Assembly: GCA_030603385.1 (NCBI GenBank)
Contig: JAUVXW010000002.1
Location: 116,145 to 180,144, forward strand
Length of the DNA stretch: 64,000 nt
DNA from: Promethearchaeota archaeon
GTDB taxonomy: Archaea > Asgardarchaeota > Lokiarchaeia > Sigyniarchaeales > SOKP01
Reading direction: 5' to 3'
The notes below the pieces were generated by a model. It worked only from the letters and a program-made list of their open reading frames with translations. It was not told where the DNA came from and made no database searches. The position numbers and the translations under genes were made by a program. This document shows positions 9,799-18,938 of this stretch, one piece after another (position 1 is the stretch's first letter; each line of letters begins with the position of its first letter).

Positions 9799-10335
9799 TT
9801 GAAAAAAATGGGATTTGGAAAATCATTCTTATTAAGTTTAGTAGCTTTTATTGGATTAAATTTTATAGTTTCAATATTGTATTTTGCATTAGATGTGGGA
9901 TTTGATACTTTAATGGATAATATTCAAAATGCTCCTTTAATGATAATTTATTATCTTTTCGGTTCAGTTACGAGTGTGCCATCTAATAACATGGATTGGG
10001 CAATAGTTCAACCTCTTTTTAATGAAGACAATACCTTTTTGATACTCAGTTTGGGTTATCTAGTTGCACCGATAATCGCAGCTATTCTTGCTGGAAAATT
10101 TGCTGAAAGTAAATTTCAAGGTTTTGCGGGATGGCTATTAACTGTTATTGTTAGTACAGTCGCAGTGGTTATCGGAGTGTTTTTAAGTCCAACTTTAGAA
10201 TTAGAATTTGGTAAATTATTTTATAACTGGACTGGTTTTGAATTAATTCTAATATATATTATAATTAGCTGTGTTGTAAATATTGTTTTTTACAGCTTCT
10301 TCGCATTACTAGTATCAAAAACAGAATACTATTGA
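9799..10335 (+). CDS. Hypothetical membrane protein (~4 TM)
   Basis: Four hydrophobic segments; TTG start. Confidence 0.7.
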   Translation: MKKMGFGKSFLLSLVAFIGLNFIVSILYFALDVGFDTLMDNIQNAPLMIIYYLFGSVTSVPSNNMDWAIVQPLFNEDNTFLILSLGYLVAPIIAAILAGKFAESKFQGFAGWLLTVIVSTVAVVIGVFLSPTLELEFGKLFYNWTGFELILIYIIISCVVNIVFYSFFALLVSKTEYY

Positions 10336-10432
10336 TTTCAATCATCAAAATTCAATTTCTTTTTTTTTTTCTTGAAAATAGAATATAATCCTAATTATTT
10401 TGCCTATTGAATTAAAAAGAGAATTTAATTTA

Positions 10433-11868
10433 TTATTTCTTATAAGAGGATTTTAGGAATTGAGAATAATCACATAATAGAGTCATACTTTGAGCAGCAT
10501 CTCTTAGAGATAAGTAATATAAAGCTCGTTTTTTATGTAAAAATTTTTTGATTGTATCAAATCTTTTAGCAAGATTTCCATTATCTGCCAAAGTGGGTAA
10601 ACAAATGGCAAAAGGTTTTGAAGTTCGGTCTCGAATGTTAATCAATCGTTTAAAAACATGGCGATATACATGTTCAGACCAAAGTGGAATAATAACAATA
10701 TCAATATTAGGATCTTTAATTACAACTTCTATACATTCAGTAAAAATATTTAAAATGAAACCTGAAGCGCCAAGATCAATTGGATTTTTAATATTTACAT
10801 TCACATCTGGTAGAATATTTGCAATTTTAGATTGTGATTCTAATGTCAATTCAGGAACGTGTAGATTTAGATTAGCAAATAAATCAGTTAGATTCACAGA
10901 AGCTCCACCACCAGGAGTTACTATTCCAATATTTCGTCCTTTAGGAAGATGATCTGGAGATAATAATTCAAAAGTTTTTATGGCATGCCAAAATTCTTCA
11001 TTATCTTTTACAATAACAGTGCCTGTTTGCTTAGCCATTGATCTCCATAAGCGATTATCTGAAAAAATTGCACCTGTATGCGAAAAGGCGGCTCTTAATC
11101 CGTCTTTTGTATATCCTCCCTTCCACAGAATTACGGGTTTAATTTTTGTAGTTCTTTTAAGTTCCAAGAATAACTGTTTACCTGTAGCCGATCCAAATGA
11201 TTCTAAATATGCTGCTATTAATTTTGTTTTTGGATCCTGCCGATAAAATCTAAAAAAGTCAACACAGTTTAAGTCAATTTGATTACCAAAACTCACACCA
11301 AAATGAAATCTGATATCACGTTTAAACCCAACATCCACTAACTGAGTTAAATGACCTCCCGATTGAGACATAAATGATACTCCACCATAATTCCCTCTTT
11401 GAGAAGCAAAAGAAAAAGCCATCCCTGATTCTGCATTTATGGGTCCTAAGCAATTAGGTCCAATTATTCTTGTATTTGAACTTTTGATTATATCTAATAT
11501 TTCGTTCTCTAGCTCTTTTCCCTGAGAATCACTGTTTCTGAAAACCCGGATGCGAATATAATTACCCATTTAATACCCTTCTTTACACATTCTTTCAAAA
11601 TTTTCGGAATAAATTTTGTCTTTAAAGAGATGTATGCTGTATCAATAGGATATGGCACATCTAAAACTGATGGATAACATCTCCAATCTAAAATTTTTTC
11701 ATGATTCGGATTGATTGGATAAAAATTGTTTGCCCATTTAGATTCTTTGAAGACATTTAAATACAGCATTGAGCCTAAGGTTGAGTTCTCTGATGCCCCA
11801 ATAAAAGCAATATTTTTAGGGTAAAATAATGAGGTTAGATCCTCAAAATGTTTTTGATCCATGGCCAT
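10433..11868 (-). pseudogene. ADP-forming acetyl-/acyl-CoA synthetase alpha-type subunit split by a 1-nt frameshift (or assembly error)
   Basis: N-part 11509-11868 (IGAS, YPINP, ASGFSET) continues in another frame as DSQGKELE...IIGPNCLG, SQSGG, SFGNQIDL, SHTGA (phospho-His), NPIDL. ACA GTG AT appears to lack one G of ACA GGT GAT near 11531. Confidence 0.8.
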
Positions 11869-12038
11869 TAACTACAAGAAATTAAGAAATTTTTTTATAA
11901 TTTTCTAGTACGAAAAATTAAGAGATAATTAGGTGTTGATTCATAATAGTTCTGAAAAAACCAAATTTTTAATTTAATTTACAATTAGACTACACATACT
12001 TATTCAATGAAAAAAATAATCTATTTGGAGAAAATAAA

Positions 12039-13493
12039 ATGGCAAGACCAAGTCCACTAGAAGTCTATGCACTTTTAGATAAAAGCAATTGTAAAGAGTG
12101 TGGATACGATACATGCATGGCTTTTGCGACAGATATCCTGGAAAGGAAGGTTATAGTTCAAGATTGCATACATCTAGTGCAAGATCCTAAGCAGGCAAAG
12201 AATCGAGAGAAATTGATAAAACTAATAACACCTCCTCAAAGGCCAATAACTGTTGGCACTGGTGATAGAGTTGCTATAATCGGGGGTGAGGAAGTATTTT
12301 ACCGTCATCAATTAACTTTTTATAACCAGACATCAATTTTTATTGAAATCGCAGATGATGATGGTGATTTAGAGGAAATTGTTAGATATCTTACAGATCT
12401 AAAGATAGAACGGATTGGTGATGTACTTACTCTAGATGGCATTGCATTAAGAAACGTATCTGGAGATAAGGAGCAATTCAAATTAGCTGCGAGTAAAATA
12501 GCAGAACTCTCAAATCTTCCAATTATGTTATGTACTTTTGATGTCGACATTTTGCTATATGCTGCGGAAGCAATTAAAAACAAAAAACCTTTATTATATG
12601 CCGTAACAAAAGATTCTTGGGAACAAATCGGTAAATTTGCTGTGCAAAATAGTTTGCCTGTAGCTGTTTTTTCAAACGAATTAGATGAATTAATGTCTCT
12701 AAGTGCAACACTACAGAAACTGGGAGTTAAAGAAATGATATTAGATTCAGGGACGTTTTTTGGTCCTGGTAATCTCTCAGCAACATATGATAAGATTATG
12801 CAGTTAAGAACTGCTGCCATCAATAAAGGGGATGTCAATGCGGGATGGCCAGTAATGGGTGTTCCTGCAGTTTATTGGAATCTAGTTAAAATTGGGGATG
12901 ATAAAGAACTTTGGGAACAACAATTTCAAGAAATAATCATGGGGGCAATTATGGAATCTATAGATACGAATTTAATAGTTTTACACACAGGGCAGAAAAA
13001 AGAAGAAATTTGGGCGCTTCTAGCTCTAATGACATTGCGTCAGAGTGTATTTTCCGATCCTAGAATTTATCCTGCGGTTGATGCTGGTATTTATAAAATT
13101 GGAGAACCAGATGAAATGGCACCAATTTTTGTTACAAGTAATTATAGAATGACAAAAATTCCTGTTGAGCAAGATTTATTGGGCGCAAATTTGAATTGCT
13201 GGCTTTTGGTGGTCGACACAGAAGGTATTGGGATTGAAAGTGCAGTAGCAGGAGGGCAATTTAATGCTGGAGGCATAGCAGAAGCAGTTAAAGAATTCAA
13301 GGCTTTTGAAAATGTAAAACATCGAGTTCTTATTCTTCCTGGAATGGCTGCTCGATTAAGTGGAGCACTAGAAGATGAAGCAGATGCTTTTGTAGTTGTT
13401 GGGCCTCGTGATAGTTCAGGAATTCCTAAATATATGGACACTCTATGGAAGCCTAAGGAATTCATGAAAGAATATGAATCCTGGGAGAAATAA
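12039..13493 (+). CDS. cdhE: Acetyl-CoA decarbonylase/synthase gamma subunit (corrinoid Fe-S protein large subunit, AcsC)
   Basis: NCKECGYDTCMAFA...C Fe-S motif, GGEEVFYRH, PIFVTSNY, ILPGMAA, VGPRDSS. Confidence 0.92.
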   Translation: MARPSPLEVYALLDKSNCKECGYDTCMAFATDILERKVIVQDCIHLVQDPKQAKNREKLIKLITPPQRPITVGTGDRVAIIGGEEVFYRHQLTFYNQTSIFIEIADDDGDLEEIVRYLTDLKIERIGDVLTLDGIALRNVSGDKEQFKLAASKIAELSNLPIMLCTFDVDILLYAAEAIKNKKPLLYAVTKDSWEQIGKFAVQNSLPVAVFSNELDELMSLSATLQKLGVKEMILDSGTFFGPGNLSATYDKIMQLRTAAINKGDVNAGWPVMGVPAVYWNLVKIGDDKELWEQQFQEIIMGAIMESIDTNLIVLHTGQKKEEIWALLALMTLRQSVFSDPRIYPAVDAGIYKIGEPDEMAPIFVTSNYRMTKIPVEQDLLGANLNCWLLVVDTEGIGIESAVAGGQFNAGGIAEAVKEFKAFENVKHRVLILPGMAARLSGALEDEADAFVVVGPRDSSGIPKYMDTLWKPKEFMKEYESWEK

Positions 13494-13494
13494 A

Positions 13495-13525
13495 GATTTT
13501 TATTCTTTTTTTATCTTTTTTTATT
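13495..13525 (+). terminator. Oligo-T archaeal terminator after cdhE
   Basis: Successive T5-T7 runs right after the stop codon. Confidence 0.55.
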
Positions 13526-13632
13526 ATATTTATTCGAACTTGCATTTTATAAAAGTGAATAAATCATATCAATTGTAATACTTTTAACCTTTTTTACAAT
13601 TAGAGTCTGGATCTCATTTTCTCTAGCTTGTT

Positions 13633-15285
13633 TCAATTTATTTTAAATCCTTTAAACAATTTTAAAAGAAACATAATTTCTTCAGATCTCTCAATTATTC
13701 TTCTTAATGGAAAGGGGAAATTGTTTAACTCGACTTGGTTTCCTTTAGATACTTGTTCGATCATTATTTTTATTATTTCCTTGTATTTATTAACAGTTGG
13801 GCCTTCATATTCAATCTCAGATATAACTTTCCAAGCTTTATCTAATTTACCATTTAAAATGCATGATATTGAAGCCAAAACATAGCTAAGAACAATGTGA
13901 GAATACCCAACTTTCTTTAAATTGGCTGCTCGATAATAATAACGATAAACATTATTAACCATTTCTCGTAAAAGAAAGTCTTTGGCAGTATCAAGCTGTT
14001 CATAAAATTTTATACTCTCCAAAATAAGTGTTGCGGCCGTATAAAACTGTTTGTTTTTCAGACCTTCTTTGGCAATTTTATTCAATCCCCTTATTATTTG
14101 ACTAAATATCCCAAACCTATTATATTCTAAACGCCCTTCTATAGCAATATCATACGCATTCAAATAACTCTCCGTAGACTCATTTATACGCCCTATCTTC
14201 CAATAGTTATCTCCAGCCTTTACAAAATGTTTATAAGCCATTTCTAAATTATTCAATTCCTTAAATACATTTGCACCATCGAAAAAATTCATCGCTGCTT
14301 GACTAAAATCTTCTAGTTTTTCTGAAAAGTTTCCAGCTAATAAAAAACATGAAGCACACTCAATTAAATTATTTTTTATCTCTTGATAACATAATCCAGC
14401 ACCACGATAATATCTAGCGATTTTATGATAGTTTTCTGTTATCTTTTCAAGTTTTTCTGCCAAATCTATATAAGCTCCAGCTTCTCTTTTAGAGTAATTT
14501 ATATATTGATCGTCTTCAGCTAAAATTTTATAAAGATTTTTCAATATCTGATATATTTGAGCTAATGTTAAGCTCTCATTCTTCTCTTCTAAGGTAGTTA
14601 CTAAGTTTAAGAAAAACTCTACTCCCTCCAAAATTGATTCCTGGGATTTGCCATAATCATCTAATTCTTCATAGCACGTACCGATTTGTTGATAAGAGAA
14701 AGATAATATATCATAAAAATGATGAGACTTTGAAATTTTGATAACTTTTTCGTAATACTTAATAGCGTTTTTAAAATCAGAAGATTTCGAATACAATTCA
14801 GCTATATTTTGGTAGTTTTGAGCATGTTTCCTTGTCTCATCAAATTCTTTTAAAAGAGTACTTTCTTGTTTTAGGAACTTAATACTATTTAAGATATTTT
14901 TTTTTTCTGAAAGTGTATCTTGAAATTTCTCGAAAAAAATCTCAGCAATCCTTAAATACAACTCAGCAACTTCATGTAATTTTGCCTGCAATTTATAGTC
15001 AATAATCTGTTTTTTATATAATTCTATGATTTGGTTATATAAATCAAGTGATTCTGAAAAATCAAGATCTTCAATTATCACTGCTACAGAATATAAAAAT
15101 TCTCCTGCATCAAAAAATTCCCCTGATTGGGCAATATTTTTAGAAAAATTAATTGATGCCGAGATTACTTCTTTTATTGATTTATTCCGTTCTACTGGAT
15201 CATCGATCCTTTTAATTTTAGACTCAGAAGCTCTGATTTTCTCTAAAAACTCTGCATAATCAATGAATTCTTCTTCTTCGATAAT
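13633..15285 (-). CDS. Alpha-SNAP-like TPR/helical repeat protein (~550 aa, probable ATT start)
   Basis: Frame stays open 68 codons upstream of the track's GTG (15081) to ATT at 15285, which follows GAGGAG; repeats such as CASCFLLAGNF...AAMNFFDGANVFKE...AYKHFVKAGDNY. Confidence 0.7.
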   Translation of the reverse strand: MIEEEEFIDYAEFLEKIRASESKIKRIDDPVERNKSIKEVISASINFSKNIAQSGEFFDAGEFLYSVAVIIEDLDFSESLDLYNQIIELYKKQIIDYKLQAKLHEVAELYLRIAEIFFEKFQDTLSEKKNILNSIKFLKQESTLLKEFDETRKHAQNYQNIAELYSKSSDFKNAIKYYEKVIKISKSHHFYDILSFSYQQIGTCYEELDDYGKSQESILEGVEFFLNLVTTLEEKNESLTLAQIYQILKNLYKILAEDDQYINYSKREAGAYIDLAEKLEKITENYHKIARYYRGAGLCYQEIKNNLIECASCFLLAGNFSEKLEDFSQAAMNFFDGANVFKELNNLEMAYKHFVKAGDNYWKIGRINESTESYLNAYDIAIEGRLEYNRFGIFSQIIRGLNKIAKEGLKNKQFYTAATLILESIKFYEQLDTAKDFLLREMVNNVYRYYYRAANLKKVGYSHIVLSYVLASISCILNGKLDKAWKVISEIEYEGPTVNKYKEIIKIMIEQVSKGNQVELNNFPFPLRRIIERSEEIMFLLKLFKGFKIN

Positions 15286-15478
15286 CTTATGATCTCCTCA
15301 GAAAAAAATAACAACTATGTAGAGAAATTAAATTGAAAATAAAAAATTTAGTGATTTTGTGTCCTAAATTGAAAATGCATCTTCATAAATTATGTAGTTA
15401 AGATTATAGGAGACATATTTTACTAAGGAAATAATGTTAAATATGATCGAGATTATAATATAAATAATTAAAAAAAAG

Positions 15479-15694
15479 GTGTTTGTTATAAAACAAATTT
15501 CAGAATTGTTAGATACCGGATTGTATGAGACATTTAGCCCCGAGAGATCTATGACTGTTGCAGATCTACTAAAAGAATTAAATTTAGAAGGAAAATTCTT
15601 CGGAATATTAGTAGATGGCAAGAAAGCGGACCCAGAGACTAATATATCCCCCAAGTCGGAGGTTATAATACTTCCACACATCGCTGGCGGTTAA
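15479..15694 (+). CDS. MoaD/ThiS/SAMP-family ubiquitin-like protein
   Basis: Beta-grasp size; TVADLLKEL, ILVDG, C-terminal ILPHIAGG diglycine. Confidence 0.85.
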   Translation: MFVIKQISELLDTGLYETFSPERSMTVADLLKELNLEGKFFGILVDGKKADPETNISPKSEVIILPHIAGG

Positions 15695-15759
15695 TAATAA
15701 AGAAATAATTAGTTTTTTTGATTTTCTCTTTTTTTATAAATAGTGCTCTCTTGGATGAT

Positions 15760-15852
15760 TTATTTTAGTTCAATTTTGAGTAGATCTTCAGCTAAAATAG
15801 TATTAGGAAATATTTCTTTTGCTTCTGCAAGAACTTTCGACGCATCTTCTTG
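15760..15852 (-). repeat. Duplicated, diverged 3' end of rnz (direct repeat of 16474-16566)
   Basis: Encodes QEDASKVLAEAKEIFPNTILAEDLLKIELK* versus QDDASKLLEEAKEIFPNTILAEDLLKIELK*; 48 bp identical core (15779-15826 = 16493-16540). Confidence 0.9.
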
Positions 15853-15914
15853 GTGCTTGTAAAAATGCGTAGAAATGCAAGATTTTAGTAAATAAAAATG
15901 TTTAAAAGAAATTC

Positions 15915-16232
15915 TTAATATGTATCAGGCATTAAACCCGACATTATGTCTCGCATAGCATCAACCATTACTGCGTATCCAAAAATGAAGTAAAAAATTG
16001 TACCTACTATATAAATAACTATAGCTGTAATTGATTTCCATTTATGTTCTGTTTCGTTATATCCAAGAATTCCTAATATTAACCCTATTAACCCAGTACC
16101 GCTTACTGCAAATGTACCAAGAATAGCTATTTTTGGTAGTATTTCTTGGCTAGTTAAAATTGATAATATAGGGCTTACTAAGCTTAAAAGAGCCAAAATA
16201 AGAGCTATATCCGCATATTTTGATTTTTCCAT
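15915..16232 (-). CDS. Small 3-TM hypothetical membrane protein
   Basis: Three hydrophobic helices, GLILGILG; lies between the two rnz 3'-end copies. Confidence 0.7.
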   Translation of the reverse strand: MEKSKYADIALILALLSLVSPILSILTSQEILPKIAILGTFAVSGTGLIGLILGILGYNETEHKWKSITAIVIYIVGTIFYFIFGYAVMVDAMRDIMSGLMPDTY

Positions 16233-16473
16233 TTATTTTCAAATTAACTATTAGATTAATTAAAGAAATATAAGATACATTAGTATTTATATTTAAAATC
16301 GTCTATAGAATATCTTTTTCTTGTATTTTACGTTAAAGAAGAAATCAATTAACAAAATTGCTATTTCCTTGTTACGAAAAAGAGATGAACTTGGTGGGAC
16401 ATTAGCTGGAGGATCTTAACATAAAAAAAAATTCTATTCTTCATTTTAAGTGTACTTAGATACCATCAGTTAA

Positions 16474-17460
16474 CTATTTTAGCTCAATTTTTAGTAGATC
16501 TTCAGCTAAAATAGTATTAGGAAATATTTCTTTTGCTTCTTCCAGAAGTTTTGATGCGTCATCTTGATACCTAGATGATATATGTGTAAGGATTAATTGT
16601 TTTGCATTCATTTGTTTAGCATCAAGTGCAGCATCAATAGAAGTTGAATGCTTCTTTTCTTGGGCAGTTTCTGCTAACTTTTTGGCAAAAGTTGCTTCAT
16701 GAACTAAAATATCAGAGTCTTTTCCTAGCTCAATTATAGATTTGCCTGGTATTAAGTCTCCAGAATAGGTGATTTTTCTTCCTGGTTTTTTTGGCCCAAT
16801 TATCCCTTCTTTTATAGGATCAATCTTTTTTCCTTGATACTCAATAATTTCTCCTTCCTGTAATTTCTTCCAGAGATGACTTTCGGGAATCCCTAATGCT
16901 TTTGCCTTTTCAGGTTCAAATTTTCCAAAACGAGGTTTTTCAATGAATGCATAGGCATAAGTTATTACAGAATGTTCAACCAAGGCATATTTTATTGTAT
17001 AATATTTGGAGTCATAAATTATGTTATCTTGAATCTTGATTTTATTCTTAGGCTCTTCAGAATCTAATCCTTCAAATTCAATCAATTCCTTAGTTAAATG
17101 ATCTATTTCATATATCTTAATTGGATAATTAGCTTTTAGACCAAGGATTTTTCTATGAAGAAGTAGATAAAGAAAAAGATTCCTCGGCCCAAACATCACA
17201 ATCGGGGCGGTTCTATCATTTAAGCTTAATCGAAATAAAAATCCAGGCAATCCAATGATATGATCTCCATGAAAATGGGATATAAAAATCATTAAAGGTT
17301 TATTAAATTTTAATCCCGCTTCAGCAAATCGGCGTTGGAAGTCTTCACCACAATCAAATAAGAGAATTTTATTTCGATACCTAATTGCAATTGAAGATAA
17401 ATTGCGTTCTCTAGTAGGAGTAGCTGCGGAACTTCCTAAAATATGCAATGTGAGTTCCAT
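16474..17460 (-). CDS. rnz: Ribonuclease Z
   Basis: PTRERN, FDCGE, SHFHGDH, YSGD, HEAT, HST, THISSRY motifs. Confidence 0.95.
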   Translation of the reverse strand: MELTLHILGSSAATPTRERNLSSIAIRYRNKILLFDCGEDFQRRFAEAGLKFNKPLMIFISHFHGDHIIGLPGFLFRLSLNDRTAPIVMFGPRNLFLYLLLHRKILGLKANYPIKIYEIDHLTKELIEFEGLDSEEPKNKIKIQDNIIYDSKYYTIKYALVEHSVITYAYAFIEKPRFGKFEPEKAKALGIPESHLWKKLQEGEIIEYQGKKIDPIKEGIIGPKKPGRKITYSGDLIPGKSIIELGKDSDILVHEATFAKKLAETAQEKKHSTSIDAALDAKQMNAKQLILTHISSRYQDDASKLLEEAKEIFPNTILAEDLLKIELK

Positions 17461-17568
17461 AATTAGATTAACCTATTAAAATATTTAAAATAACCTTCTC
17501 TTATTCAAAAATAACAAGAAAAATAGTCAATTTTCTGGTAACTAATCAGTAAAGGTTAGCAATAGTGC

Positions 17569-18849
17569 TTATTTTTTTCGTAATTGCGCGAGTTCCATTC
17601 TTTGTTCAGTATTCTGTTTTTGTAAGTCATCAATAATACCTTTAAGTTCTCTCAATCTTAGTGCTAAATGAGGATTCTCTTGAGTTTGAGCTGGCGCTCG
17701 CAGAGTATGGCTTTCTATTTGTTTTTGTAAGTCATTAAATTTTTGATCTCTTGTTTTTAATTGGTTTTCCAATTGTCTATATCTTTTTTTAATTTGCACT
17801 GCTTCGTTTTTTATTGTTTCGATTTCCCCCTCTTTAGCCTCTAATTGTTTCTGTAAAAATATAGCCATCTCTCTTTGCATTTTTAATTTTCCTTCAATTT
17901 CTTTTTGTGATTCACCTGTTTCTGATAAAGCACCAGTTTTGTATTTCTTAAGTTGTTCTTGGAGTGATTTTACTTCCAATTTTGATTTATTCAATTTATT
18001 CTGTAATTCATCTTTTAATGTATGAATCATTTCTGATGATGCCATGTCAGCTTGATCTGAATCTGTGGTAATTGTTCCTTTTTTCAAAGATTTTATTTCA
18101 TTTTTCAATTTTTCAATTTCTACGTCTTTTTTATCTTTTTTTTTGCTTTTTTTCTCATATTTCGTAAGTTTTTGTTTTAAATCAAGTATTTGTCTCTTAG
18201 ATTTGTTTAATTGTTTTTGAAGATCTTCAATTAATTTTTTCGTTATTGAATCACTACTTTCATTCTGGGACGCAGAACTCAATTCATTTATTTTCTGGTT
18301 TAATTCATTGATTTCTGATTTGTAGATTTCAATTGTATTATCTTTTTCATTTAATTTTTCTTCAAATTCTTCCGCAACTTTGAGTTGATATTCTAATTTT
18401 TTTATGATTGCTTTCTGTTTGTTTACTTTATCCTGTAAATCTGCTACTAATGCATTTAGTGGAGGTTTTTCCCTTAAATCTTCTACTCTAATAACAGATG
18501 TTTTTTTATGTTTATTCTTAAATTTTTCAAACTCCTGTTGGAGTTGAGTATAGTCTTTTCTTAATATGCCCATACTATTCTTTAGATCACGGATATATTT
18601 ATCTTTCTCTCCAAGTTCATATGCAAATCTAGATTCTGCAGCTTGTATTTTTTTACTTTTGGATTTAGCTCCTTCTTCTAATTCTTTTATAGCTTCTAAT
18701 TCCATAATTTTATCTTCGCGTTCTTCGATGATATCTTCAAGTTGGTCGATTTCATTATCTGTTTTCTCTAATTTTAACTCTAGTTCTCCGATTTTTTTTT
18801 CTAATTCTCTGATTTTATCTTTTAATGCAGCTTCTGACATATTGAACAA
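17569..18849 (-). CDS. Long coiled-coil protein
   Basis: E/K/L/Q-rich heptads over nearly the whole length; no ATPase head. Confidence 0.75.
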   Translation of the reverse strand: MFNMSEAALKDKIRELEKKIGELELKLEKTDNEIDQLEDIIEEREDKIMELEAIKELEEGAKSKSKKIQAAESRFAYELGEKDKYIRDLKNSMGILRKDYTQLQQEFEKFKNKHKKTSVIRVEDLREKPPLNALVADLQDKVNKQKAIIKKLEYQLKVAEEFEEKLNEKDNTIEIYKSEINELNQKINELSSASQNESSDSITKKLIEDLQKQLNKSKRQILDLKQKLTKYEKKSKKKDKKDVEIEKLKNEIKSLKKGTITTDSDQADMASSEMIHTLKDELQNKLNKSKLEVKSLQEQLKKYKTGALSETGESQKEIEGKLKMQREMAIFLQKQLEAKEGEIETIKNEAVQIKKRYRQLENQLKTRDQKFNDLQKQIESHTLRAPAQTQENPHLALRLRELKGIIDDLQKQNTEQRMELAQLRKK

Positions 18850-18938
18850 TCATCTATTAATTAATTTATTAATAAAATTATAGATTTTAAAATTTAACTC
18901 ATTATTTTTAATAATATCTCACAATAAGTTAAAAATCC

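Noticed and set aside
16333-16419. Short frame ending KRDELGGTLAGGS, resembling a LivF-type ABC signature remnant
   Set aside because: Too short to assign without a search; at most decayed cargo inside the rnz islet.
15760-16566. rnz repeat pair as a DGR template/variable repeat
   Set aside because: Differences are not adenine-specific, are mostly synonymous, and no reverse transcriptase is present.
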